A stretch of DNA of 64,000 nt from Myxococcota bacterium (GTDB lineage Bacteria; Myxococcota_A; SURF-8). The stretch spans positions 1,632,001-1,696,000 of the forward strand of contig CAXXQS010000002.1 in NCBI GenBank assembly GCA_963674735.2, given 5' to 3'. Shown piece by piece: positions 30,926 to 39,721 of the stretch. A program made the position numbers and the translations under genes. Every line of letters starts with the position of its first letter. The stretch's first letter is position 1. The notes below the pieces were generated by a model. It did not search any database, had not been told where the DNA came from, and worked only from the letters and a program-made list of their open reading frames with translations.

Positions 30926-31098
30926 GGCAGAAACACAGCAGGAAAAGTGCTTGAGCGAAAAGGCTCAATTCAGTATAATGATTACATTCCCGCCTTGCGC
31001 TACGTCTGCCAGGACCGCAAGGTTATCACCGCCCCTGCCAGGGCGGTTTTCTCGTTCAGGCTTCCGCTTCCGTTCTCAAGGCACACCGGTCCATCGCT

Positions 31099-31275
31099 TC
31101 ATCCCCTCGCTTCTTCTTGTTCGGTGATTAAGTGCCAGAAATCACGGCGGTTCTTGGCCTCGAAAAGAGACGCCTTAAGCATCTCCATACTGTCGAGCCA
31201 GTCGTCAATCTGTTTCCAAGTCAGCGTCTCGTCGGTCGCCAACTGTTCATAGCAGGCAGCATTTTCGGTTAACAT
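31099..31275 (-). other. Open reading stretch crossing attR, a possible alternative C-terminal tail of the integrase
   Basis: MLTENAACYEQLATDETLTWKQIDDWLDSMEMLKASLFEAKNRRDFWHLITEQEEARG* begins inside the repeat and runs into the element end. Confidence 0.5.
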
Positions 31276-31302
31276 ACTGAAAATGCTGTTTGTTTTTTAT
31301 GG
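31234..31302 (+). repeat. attR-type 69-bp direct repeat, copy 2
   Basis: Identical to 18596-18664. Confidence 0.95.
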
Positions 31303-31364
31303 GTTTCTTTTCCGAAGAAGCGAGCAGCCGGGAAATCGCGGAATTTTGAACCCTGATCGACTCC

Positions 31365-32963
31365 TCACTCCGATTCCCTATTGTCGGCGTTGACGGTGAT
31401 TTGGTATTCGCCGTTTACGTCGACATCCAAGCGCCAGCCCCCCGTTACGCGTTGTGCTGTAACTTTTTCAATGCCGATGCCGGTTACCTGGGGGTCGGGT
31501 TCCGATTCCGATTGGGATGGAAACCAGATATCCGCCGTCGAAATACGATCCGTAGAGCCGGCGACGACCAGATTCCCCTCACAGGCGTCTTCTCCAATTG
31601 AAATCAAAAGCCCGGGAACGGCTCTGGGGTAGGCGCGTTCCATGCAACGTGTCGGCGGTTTTGAGTAGCGTCTGGTGTATTCCTCGTCGTCGCACCTTTC
31701 TAGCTGTTGGGTGAGCCAATCCGGAGTGGGGGGGTGTTGTGCGTCATGTGGGTCGCCGCAACGCTGTTCCCATTGCCACCAGGCACTGCCCGCCCCGGGA
31801 TAGTGGTCTTCTCCGGCGGCGAAACGTGCCATCCAGGCTTCATCTTTTTCCTGGTCGGAGAAGGTGCCGTATTCCCCGATCCAGATGCTGACGCCGCCGT
31901 ATTGCTCCCCCAACAAGGCGTAAAGGCCGAAGGATCTGTCGAGCAGGCCTTCTCCTTGCACGATGGACTCCATGTAATTGTGTGGGGCGAAAACCAGGTT
32001 GGGGTCGTCGCTTAAATCAAAATCGGGGAGCATCGCATAGACGCTCGGTTCATAGAAAATCACGTGTCCTTTCGATCCGGTTTCGGCTTCCGCTTTTCGA
32101 ATGGACGCAATTGCCGATCGATAGAAAGCCGTCAATCCCTCAACGGTTGTGTCGGTTCCGTTGCCCGGCTCATTGATCAGATCATACCCGGCGACCCCGG
32201 GTTCGTGGGCGAATTCAGTTGCGATGCGTCCCCAAAGCTCGGCCAATTCATCGCGAATACCGTCCCGATTGGTGTAAAAATTGTCCCAGGCGCGGATGAC
32301 CGCCGGACTGTCTTCCCGGCTGCCAGGCGTGCAGGTAGGTTCGTTATCCGTGAAGGTTGCCCATTCGGGAGCGCCATCCCAGCCCTTTTGGTGTTTGGTT
32401 CCCTCCGGACAGACTTCATCCGCCGGAGTGAATACGACCTTCGACCAGGCGTCCTGGTGCATGTCGATTACGACGTACATATCGTGGGCATTTGCTTCGG
32501 CGATGGCTGCGCGGACTTTTGCCAGGTATTCCTCGTCGAATCGGTCCCGTTCCGGTTCCCAAAACGACCATGACGTCACCAGTCGAATGACATTGATCCC
32601 GAAGGAGGCGGCCTCGTCCCAGTCATCCTCTCCTAGCTCGGCCACCGTCGGAAGCGAAGGATGAACCTGGAAGTAGTCACCCAGGTGGTTGAAATTTACG
32701 CCGCGCAACAGGACTTGGCGGTCACGTGCATCGAAGATTCCGGGGTGGTCGCCACGTTGGGCCGTCAACCAGGGTAAGGACGTTACCGTTTCCTGGTCGC
32801 CATCCGATTCTTTCTCAATCTCCAGGTCCGAATCGGATTCGTCCCCGTCGGTACGGCTGTCTCCATCAAGCGGTTGATCGTCGTTCTCGGACGCATTGGA
32901 GCTGCACCCGATGATTAATGCCGCCAACAATATGAAGAGAGGGAGATGTTTTCGAATCCACAT
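31365..32963 (-). CDS. Glycoside hydrolase family 5 lipoprotein (endoglycoceramidase-like)
   Basis: Lipobox IIGC, acidic DGD linker, RQVLLRGVN, IDMHQDAWS, DGAPEWAT, YDLINEP (acid/base Glu) and WIGEYG (nucleophile Glu). Confidence 0.88.
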   Translation of the reverse strand: MWIRKHLPLFILLAALIIGCSSNASENDDQPLDGDSRTDGDESDSDLEIEKESDGDQETVTSLPWLTAQRGDHPGIFDARDRQVLLRGVNFNHLGDYFQVHPSLPTVAELGEDDWDEAASFGINVIRLVTSWSFWEPERDRFDEEYLAKVRAAIAEANAHDMYVVIDMHQDAWSKVVFTPADEVCPEGTKHQKGWDGAPEWATFTDNEPTCTPGSREDSPAVIRAWDNFYTNRDGIRDELAELWGRIATEFAHEPGVAGYDLINEPGNGTDTTVEGLTAFYRSAIASIRKAEAETGSKGHVIFYEPSVYAMLPDFDLSDDPNLVFAPHNYMESIVQGEGLLDRSFGLYALLGEQYGGVSIWIGEYGTFSDQEKDEAWMARFAAGEDHYPGAGSAWWQWEQRCGDPHDAQHPPTPDWLTQQLERCDDEEYTRRYSKPPTRCMERAYPRAVPGLLISIGEDACEGNLVVAGSTDRISTADIWFPSQSESEPDPQVTGIGIEKVTAQRVTGGWRLDVDVNGEYQITVNADNRESE

Positions 32964-32985
32964 CCTTGAAAGTCCTTTATGCGAG

Positions 32986-33495
32986 TTAACGTTTTTTCTT
33001 CGTTCCGTCGGCTGGGGGCTGGTAACGGTGGAAAGTGGGGAAGACGGCGTTGACATGGTCGCGATAGTGCCGGTAGGTCTTGCCGAAACGACGTTCCAGG
33101 TAAGCGTCTTCCTCGCCGATCAGGCTGCGGAAGATGGTGTACATGGCGATGGGGATCGTTAAGGCAAGCCAGCTTTGGACGAAAAGGGAGAGTGCCGGGA
33201 TGATGAAGATCACGAAGGCGGCGTAGAGCGGATGGCGAAAGCGGCCGTAAACGCTGCGCGTGATCAATTTGTCCTGCTCGTAATCTTCCACAATGGTCGC
33301 AGCGGATAGGACCCACAACGGGATTCCGACCAGTAACAGCAGGACACCCGCATAGACTAGTAAAACGCCGGGAATCAGCGTGATCTTGAACATCGGGTAG
33401 GTCGCGATGTGCAAGCCGATGGCGAGAGCGGCGTAAAAAAGAGTTCCCGCTGCCAGTTTTCCACCGATACCCCAGAGGCTCATGCGTTTGCCCAT
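32986..33495 (-). CDS. Isoprenylcysteine carboxyl methyltransferase / PEMT family membrane protein
   Basis: TM helices, LIT..VYGRFRHPLY and EEDAYL..RFG..Y..Y motifs. Confidence 0.85.
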   Translation of the reverse strand: MGKRMSLWGIGGKLAAGTLFYAALAIGLHIATYPMFKITLIPGVLLVYAGVLLLLVGIPLWVLSAATIVEDYEQDKLITRSVYGRFRHPLYAAFVIFIIPALSLFVQSWLALTIPIAMYTIFRSLIGEEDAYLERRFGKTYRHYRDHVNAVFPTFHRYQPPADGTKKKR

Positions 33496-33603
33496 CTTGC
33501 CGGTCCTTCCTCCTGCTGTTCATGATTAGGTGTAAGATTGATGATGACTGCTGATTGCCCGGCAGTATACTACATCTTTCGACAATTGGGTTAGGGCAAT
33601 TAT

Positions 33604-33634
33604 AAAACGGGCCGCCCCTGAATGAGACGGCCCG
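33604..33634 (-). terminator. Rho-independent terminator downstream of the C1 protease gene
   Basis: On the minus strand, a GACGGGCCG...CGGCCCGT stem followed by a short T tract. Confidence 0.6.
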
Positions 33635-33667
33635 TCGGATATGCCTTAGTCTTGTGCGAAAAAACGA

Positions 33668-35614
33668 CTACCAGGAGGGGAGAATGTTCAATTCGTCCCC
33701 TGGGGCGAATACCGAGCAGGCATCGGCGAAACTGCCGGTGCACAATCCCAGCTTGCTGGGATTGAGAGAGCCGACGTTGACTCCCATGGCCTTGATGTCG
33801 GTTCCATCCAGGGAGAGGCGAATCGGTTCGGTGCGTGTGCCGTTTTCCTTTTTCATGCGGAAAAACGTTTTGGGGTTGCTCACGACCCAAGTCAGATCAT
33901 CGGGCTGGTAAACCTCGACACCGTAGTCGCCGAAGGGAATATCGAAACCGGACCAGCTGCCGTCGGGTAGCTCTTCGTCGTCCACCAGCCGATTGTCGGG
34001 GAAGGGGAATTCGATGTAGATCTTGTTTTCTTCGGTCGAGAAACGTAGCGAGCAAATGAGGTCGTATTCACCCGAACACAAGTACAACACCCCGTCGTCG
34101 ATCTGGCCCACTCGGTCGTTGTCGTAGAGCAAACGACCGGTTTTTTTGCTGTCTTTTACGAGCTCGACCGGGTTGGTGATGTTGGAGCTTTCGCGGATGA
34201 TGACGCGCACGAATACCTTGTCGCCGTCTTCGGCGTAGGCGGAGCGATAGTAGCTTTCGCCGGGGCCGAACAGTCGGATCTCATTCCAGGTCAGGTTTTC
34301 GTAGGGGTCGGGCTCGGGCAGATTGTCGATTTCATCTTCCACTTCGTCGTCGGACTTATCGGTATCGGCATTGGGGTCTTCCTCCGATTCGTCCGGAGTG
34401 TCCGGGGCGCTTTCGTCTTCGGCTTCGTCGTTATTGGGAAGTTCATCGGCTTCCTGCAGGTCTTCGCGCAGCATGACGCTCATAACCATGGGGTGGGTGA
34501 GCTGGTAACCGAAGGTCCACTGCTCCATCCATTTCAGCGTCATGCAGGAGAAACCGTTGACTCCCCAGCCGGTGCCCCAGGAATTCTTGATAACGAAGCA
34601 CATTCCGCCTTCGTCGGCCATGTTGTTCAGCTTTTTGTATCCGACGATCAGATAGGCGTGACCGGCCGCGTGACTGGTGTCGCCGGTGTGACCCGAGTCG
34701 GCGTAGGTGATCAAGCCGTCGTTGCGTTCCCAGTTGGACGACAACGGCGAAGCGAAAGGCACCGGCAGCTTGGTTTCGTGCAACGCCTTGATGATCTGGT
34801 CGGCGCCTTTGACATATTGCAACTGGGCGACTTTGACCGCGCCGGTGGAGCAGGAGCCGATTTGCGGAGTCTGCAGATCGTTGTCGCCACGTTGGGAATT
34901 ATACGGGCAATCGGCTTCCAGCGGGATGTCGAGGTCCGATGCTTCCAAGCTGCCCTCCATTCCCGTGCCGTACCAGCTTCCTTCCTCGTTGAGTGAGCAG
35001 CCCGAGCTATGGCATTCCGGCTTGCTTAGATAGTAGAAGCGTTGTTCGGACAAATCCATGGTGGGCAAGCTGCCGAAGGATTTCAGAGTGGCATATTCGA
35101 TCTGGGCGACACCGGTGAAGGCGGCGCAGGTGCCGCGGCGGCCCTGATTGCGGACTGGAATGGCGTCGAGGTGGTCGACGTAAAATTCGCTCTGCAGCTC
35201 GGACAAATTAACCTTGAAGCGCGCCTTGCGTGCGGCGTCGTCCAAGGGTTCCGAAGAATCGGCGAAGATGGAGAAATCGACACGCTCGAAATCGTCGGTG
35301 GCAATGTTTTTGCGCGGTTTGGTGGTTTTTTTGAGGATTCTCATCAAACCGTCATCCGGTTCGACCCGGCTTGAATCGGTACTTTTCGAGCGCACTTCGC
35401 CCGGACGCAATTTAGCGGACAGGTAGTCGTCCACCGCCCAATCCATGATCTGGCGGATCGATTCCACATCCGTCGGTGGAGCCATCGAAAGATCCTTGCG
35501 AATGTAATCGAAGGCCGAATCGCCGGTTAACTCCACTTCGCCCGAGTCGGAACAGCCCGCCAGGCCGATGGCCGACAGTAGGACGATGATGAGCAGATGA
35601 GCGATGCGTGACAT
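33668..35614 (-). CDS. Papain-family (C1A) cysteine peptidase lipoprotein with C-terminal extension
   Basis: Lipobox LAGC, VRNQGRRGTCAAF (Gln/Cys), DLSEQ, AGHAYLIVGY (His) and IKNSWGTGWG (Asn). Confidence 0.88.
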   Translation of the reverse strand: MSRIAHLLIIVLLSAIGLAGCSDSGEVELTGDSAFDYIRKDLSMAPPTDVESIRQIMDWAVDDYLSAKLRPGEVRSKSTDSSRVEPDDGLMRILKKTTKPRKNIATDDFERVDFSIFADSSEPLDDAARKARFKVNLSELQSEFYVDHLDAIPVRNQGRRGTCAAFTGVAQIEYATLKSFGSLPTMDLSEQRFYYLSKPECHSSGCSLNEEGSWYGTGMEGSLEASDLDIPLEADCPYNSQRGDNDLQTPQIGSCSTGAVKVAQLQYVKGADQIIKALHETKLPVPFASPLSSNWERNDGLITYADSGHTGDTSHAAGHAYLIVGYKKLNNMADEGGMCFVIKNSWGTGWGVNGFSCMTLKWMEQWTFGYQLTHPMVMSVMLREDLQEADELPNNDEAEDESAPDTPDESEEDPNADTDKSDDEVEDEIDNLPEPDPYENLTWNEIRLFGPGESYYRSAYAEDGDKVFVRVIIRESSNITNPVELVKDSKKTGRLLYDNDRVGQIDDGVLYLCSGEYDLICSLRFSTEENKIYIEFPFPDNRLVDDEELPDGSWSGFDIPFGDYGVEVYQPDDLTWVVSNPKTFFRMKKENGTRTEPIRLSLDGTDIKAMGVNVGSLNPSKLGLCTGSFADACSVFAPGDELNILPSW

Positions 35615-35800
35615 GCAAACCCCCTTGTGATTTTGGGTTCATACCCCTTGTTTCGATCTATCGATCAATTGATAGAGAACATTGTAATGCGTCCAATTCC
35701 CTCTGGCAAGCCGCTTTCGCCCGAAAGCCGTGTATTCTCCGTTGAGATTTCCCCGTGACTTTGCTAAGGTGGCTTCGCAGAACACGCAGGAGGATGCGGC

Positions 35801-36538
35801 ATGATCCAGATGTTTCACGTCGCCAAAGCATATCAAGCGGATAAGCCCGTGTTATTCGATGTTACTTTGCAGGTGGAAAAAGGCGAATTCGTCTACCTGA
35901 CCGGTCCGTCCGGTGCGGGCAAGACCACACTTCTCAAGTTGATTTTCTGCGAAATCGAGCCCAATTCCGGGCAGGTGTTGGTGATGGGACGCAATGTCTC
36001 ACGTTTATCGATTCCCTCCATTCCCTTTTTACGTCGGAAAATCGGGGTTGTTTTCCAGGACTTCCGTCTGCTGCCGCGCCGCACGGTTTTCCAAAATGTG
36101 GCGGTGACGTTGGAAGTGCTCAACCGGCCGCGCCGGGATATCGATCGCCGCGTGCACGTGATGTTGAAGCGCGTGGGGCTTTCCCATCGGGCTCGGGCCT
36201 ATCCCGAACAATTATCCGGCGGCGAACAGCAGCGGGTGGCGGTGGCGCGCGCCCTGATCAACGAACCGCCGATTCTGTTGGCCGACGAACCCACCGGCAA
36301 CCTCGACGAAGATACCACCCGCGATATCATGGACTTGTTTTTCGATGCCAATGCCCGTGGAACGACGGTGTTGTTGGCGACCCATGACCGGCGTCTGTTC
36401 GACAAAACCGGTCGCCGGGTGGTGCGGCTGGAAGGGGGACGGGCGGTGTTCGATTCGGAAATCAAGCTCGAACAGGCCGAGGCCCAGGCGCAGGCGGCGC
36501 TTTCGAGTGCCGGGTTTCGGCGTGGGGGTGGCGCATGA
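35801..36538 (+). CDS. ftsE: Cell division ATP-binding protein FtsE
   Basis: [50 protein letters not shown]. Confidence 0.95.
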   Translation: MIQMFHVAKAYQADKPVLFDVTLQVEKGEFVYLTGPSGAGKTTLLKLIFCEIEPNSGQVLVMGRNVSRLSIPSIPFLRRKIGVVFQDFRLLPRRTVFQNVAVTLEVLNRPRRDIDRRVHVMLKRVGLSHRARAYPEQLSGGEQQRVAVARALINEPPILLADEPTGNLDEDTTRDIMDLFFDANARGTTVLLATHDRRLFDKTGRRVVRLEGGRAVFDSEIKLEQAEAQAQAALSSAGFRRGGGA

Positions 36539-37434
36539 TCCGGCTGGCTCGCTATTTCATGGCCCGTGCGCTGGAATCCATGCGGCGCTCGTTTTGGCTG
36601 GTGGCGGCCACGGTGGGGATGCTGGTCGTGATTCTGTTACTGTTCAACGTCTTCCTGATGGTCGCGATCAATGTCAATGCCCTGACCGACCGCTGGGTGG
36701 GGGCGGTACGCATGATCGTCTTCCTCGATCCGGTCGTCAATCCGGCCGAAGCACAGGATCTGGCGTTGGAATTGCGCAAACGGCCCGAAGTTCTGAATGC
36801 CTTTTATGTGACTCAACAGGATGCTACCGCACGTTTTTTAGCTGATTTTCCGTCTGATAAGGACATTTTGGAGGGTTTGCCTCAGAATCCTTTGCCGGCT
36901 TCATTGGAGTTGGAGTTGTCACCGACCGCCATGAATCTCGATGATCTTTCCCGCTTGGCAGAGGAGTTGAGCGCCCGTCCCGAAGTGGACGAGGCGGTGT
37001 TTGGACGGGAGCTTTTCGCAAAGCTGTCGGCTCTGGTGGGTCTCTTAAAACTGATCGGGGGTATTTTCGGGCTGGCGCTGGCGGTGGCGGTTTTATTTTT
37101 AAGCGCCAACACCATTCGTCTGAACCTTTACGCTCGTCGTGAAGAGATCGAAGTGATGCAAAATGTGGGGGCCACGCGCTGGTTTATCCGCTGGCCCTAC
37201 CTTATCGAAGGCCTGATCCAGGGTGCCGGGGGCGCGCTTTGCTCGCTTCTGCTCGCCTATGGTCTGTTCCGTCTGACCCTGCAACCGCTGACCGAGGCGC
37301 TGTTGGGGCCGCTGGGTCATGTGAATCTGGGCTTTTTGTCGCTTCCGGTAATGGTGACGCTCGTCCTTGCGGGTATGGCGCTGGGCGCGGGCGGAAGCAT
37401 GGTTGCGCTGGGGCGTTTCTGGAGGTCGATGTGA
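36535..37434 (+). CDS. ftsX: Cell division permease FtsX
   Basis: 4-TM layout, NPLPAS and [26 protein letters not shown]. Coupled to ftsE. Confidence 0.93.
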   Translation: MIRLARYFMARALESMRRSFWLVAATVGMLVVILLLFNVFLMVAINVNALTDRWVGAVRMIVFLDPVVNPAEAQDLALELRKRPEVLNAFYVTQQDATARFLADFPSDKDILEGLPQNPLPASLELELSPTAMNLDDLSRLAEELSARPEVDEAVFGRELFAKLSALVGLLKLIGGIFGLALAVAVLFLSANTIRLNLYARREEIEVMQNVGATRWFIRWPYLIEGLIQGAGGALCSLLLAYGLFRLTLQPLTEALLGPLGHVNLGFLSLPVMVTLVLAGMALGAGGSMVALGRFWRSM

Positions 37435-38510
37435 TGCAATTGCGGGGCCTCGAATGGATGGTCGGGCTGCTGGCCGTCATTCAGGTGCTGCTTCTGCCGC
37501 TGGGGGCCGCCGCCGAAACGGAATCTTCGATTCTGGAACAACTGGACAAACTGGAAGAACAGCTCGAAACCCACCGTAAAAACGCCGATAATCTGGATAA
37601 ACGCCGCAAGGCGCTGGATGCCAAATTGGAAGAATCGCTGGCTTTGGCGCTTGAGGCCGAAGCGGCGGCTAAACTGCAGTTCGACCTATTGGCGCAGCGG
37701 ATGGGTGAAGGTTATAAGCTGGCACGCGCGGCCAAGTGGGAATACCTGCTTTCCAGCCGGGATTTCTCGGATTTCGTTCTGCGACGCGAATATCTCATGC
37801 GTGTGTTGCACGAAGATCGGCGCCTGTTCGACCGGCACGCCTCATCGTTCAAGGAAATTCTTGCACGACGGCGGCGGATCGAATCGGAAAAAGTCGAACT
37901 GGATACAATCATCGCTTCGCAAAAGAACGAAAAGAAGGCCCTGACCGAGCAGGTGCTAAAGAAAAAAGCTTTCCTGGATAAGATCGTCAGCGAAGACCGG
38001 CTGCGCAAGCAGGCCGAACATGAAGTGGCTGAGGCCAAACGCAAACTGAACCGGCGCGTGGCTTCACTGGAAGGGAAGCCACGGGCGAATGCCGGACCGG
38101 CGGGCAAGTTTGCCGAGCGTAAAGGGAACATGCCTTGCCCGGTCAAAGGGCGTATCGAGATCGGCTTCGGCGAGGAAATCAGGGGATCCGCCAAGCGGTT
38201 TCACGGGGGATGGGATCTGGCCAGCCCGGCCGGGACGTCGATTCGGGCTCCGGCGGCGGGCAAAGTGGTATTTGCCGGACGTTTCAGGGGCTTTGGTAAT
38301 CTGTTGATCCTGGACCACGGCGATAAATATTATTCGCTATACGGGCATTTGCGGGAAATCAACAAGGCCGCCGGGCAACAGCTGCGAGCCGGAGAAATCA
38401 TTGGCGCCGTGGGCGACAGTGGATCGCTGAAAGGCGCGTTTTTGTATTTCGAGTTGCGGCATAGAGGCAAGCCGCTTGATCCGACCGGATGGTTTGCCTG
38501 TCGACCGTAA
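37434..38510 (+). CDS. envC: Murein hydrolase activator EnvC family (coiled coil + M23/LytM)
   Basis: Long coiled coil and M23 domain GFGNLLILDHG..YYSLYGHL...LYFELR. Follows ftsEX. Confidence 0.85.
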   Translation: MQLRGLEWMVGLLAVIQVLLLPLGAAAETESSILEQLDKLEEQLETHRKNADNLDKRRKALDAKLEESLALALEAEAAAKLQFDLLAQRMGEGYKLARAAKWEYLLSSRDFSDFVLRREYLMRVLHEDRRLFDRHASSFKEILARRRRIESEKVELDTIIASQKNEKKALTEQVLKKKAFLDKIVSEDRLRKQAEHEVAEAKRKLNRRVASLEGKPRANAGPAGKFAERKGNMPCPVKGRIEIGFGEEIRGSAKRFHGGWDLASPAGTSIRAPAAGKVVFAGRFRGFGNLLILDHGDKYYSLYGHLREINKAAGQQLRAGEIIGAVGDSGSLKGAFLYFELRHRGKPLDPTGWFACRP

Positions 38511-38696
38511 TTAAGCAGCCGGAAAATGATGTTTGAGAGTATAGTTTTTTGTCAATTGGCCGATTAACCGAGATACCCCCAAAAAACTTGATATAATAGG
38601 GGGTCGGGTGATACGATATTAGGGGAAGAGAAAGAATATGGGGATTGACGGAAACAGGCAAGACGGGGAAACACCGGCCTGTTGAAGGAGAATCAG

Positions 38697-39065
38697 ATGA
38701 GTTCGCCAGAGCAGAGAATCGCATCCCGCGTCAGCTTGAAGGTGGAAATCGACATTCACACCGAGACCAATTTCTATACCGGGTTTTCCGTCAATATTTC
38801 GACTGGCGGTATTTTCGTTGCGACACATGTTCCCGCCAAGGTTGGAGAGGAAATTCCGCTTTCGTTCAAACTGCCCAATCGCGACGAGGCCATTGAAGCT
38901 GTCGGCTATGTCTGCTGGTACCGGGAGTACAACCCCCTTTACCCCGACACCCACCCAGGCATGGGATTGCGCTTCAGGGGCTTGAATGAGGAAGATGCCA
39001 AAACCATCAACGACTATATTCAGCATTTCCGTGAGCCGTATTTCCACCCGGAAGATGACGAGTAG
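38697..39065 (+). CDS. PilZ-domain protein (TIGR02266 myxobacterial-type)
   Basis: QRIASR (RxxxR), NFYTGFSVNISTGGIFVAT and PGMGLRF. Confidence 0.85.
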   Translation: MSSPEQRIASRVSLKVEIDIHTETNFYTGFSVNISTGGIFVATHVPAKVGEEIPLSFKLPNRDEAIEAVGYVCWYREYNPLYPDTHPGMGLRFRGLNEEDAKTINDYIQHFREPYFHPEDDE

Positions 39066-39100
39066 GCTTCGCGCCTGAAGCCGGATGCGGGAGAGAAACC

Positions 39101-39433
39101 ATGTGCGCCGTACAAAATAAACGCAAGCATACCAGAAAGCGGGCAGTAGGGAGAGTGTGGTTTCATTTTCCGGGACGCGAGCGGGTTAAGGCGGCCTTGG
39201 TGGATGTGTCTCAAGGCGGTTTCTGTGCACACATTCCCCAAAAGCTGGAACCGGATCGTGAAATTCAGGTTCAGCTTCATCTGGAAGCGGTTGAGCAGCC
39301 TATCCACGCCCGTGCGGTTTCCCGTTGGACGCGGGGAGAGGAAGAATATCTGGATTCCGGGTTGCAGTTTGTCGACATCAATCCGGAAGATCAGGATATC
39401 CTCAACGAATTCATGCTTCTTGATCCAGATTAG
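39101..39433 (+). CDS. PilZ-domain protein
   Basis: KRKHTR (RxxxR), DVSQGG (DxSxxG) and GLQF. Confidence 0.8.
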   Translation: MCAVQNKRKHTRKRAVGRVWFHFPGRERVKAALVDVSQGGFCAHIPQKLEPDREIQVQLHLEAVEQPIHARAVSRWTRGEEEYLDSGLQFVDINPEDQDILNEFMLLDPD

Positions 39434-39721
39434 ACCGGTGATGGATAGGTTCGGCAGGGTGAATCCCTGCTTTTTCACTCCCTTTGAGAGTGAAAATACC
39501 ATTTTTATCAATCACCGGGATTGTCTTGAGCGTCATTCTTGTCTATATAAGTTGGGAGGTCTTGCCTGATTTCGATTTGGGCAAGTGTGAGGCCGCCTAT
39601 CGCTCGGTGGTTGAAAAGAGCTTGTTTTGTTTCGACCGTTGTGATCGGATGAGCGTATATCGGATGATTTTATCAAACGTGCCCTGCATGGCAGGTCTGT
39701 AGATTGGGAATCGTAGGCAAA

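Larger units (their letters stand above)
18596..31302. mobile_element. Integrative element (~12.6 kb) at tRNA-Glu with serine recombinase and rolling-circle Rep
   Basis: Bounded by 69-bp direct repeats that begin in the tRNA 3' end. Contains a recombinase, an HTH and a Rep, all on the minus strand. The cargo is visibly more AT-rich than the flanks. Confidence 0.9.

Noticed and set aside
18596-31302. Prophage or conjugative ICE
   Set aside because: No capsid, terminase, tail, relaxase or T4SS genes recognisable.
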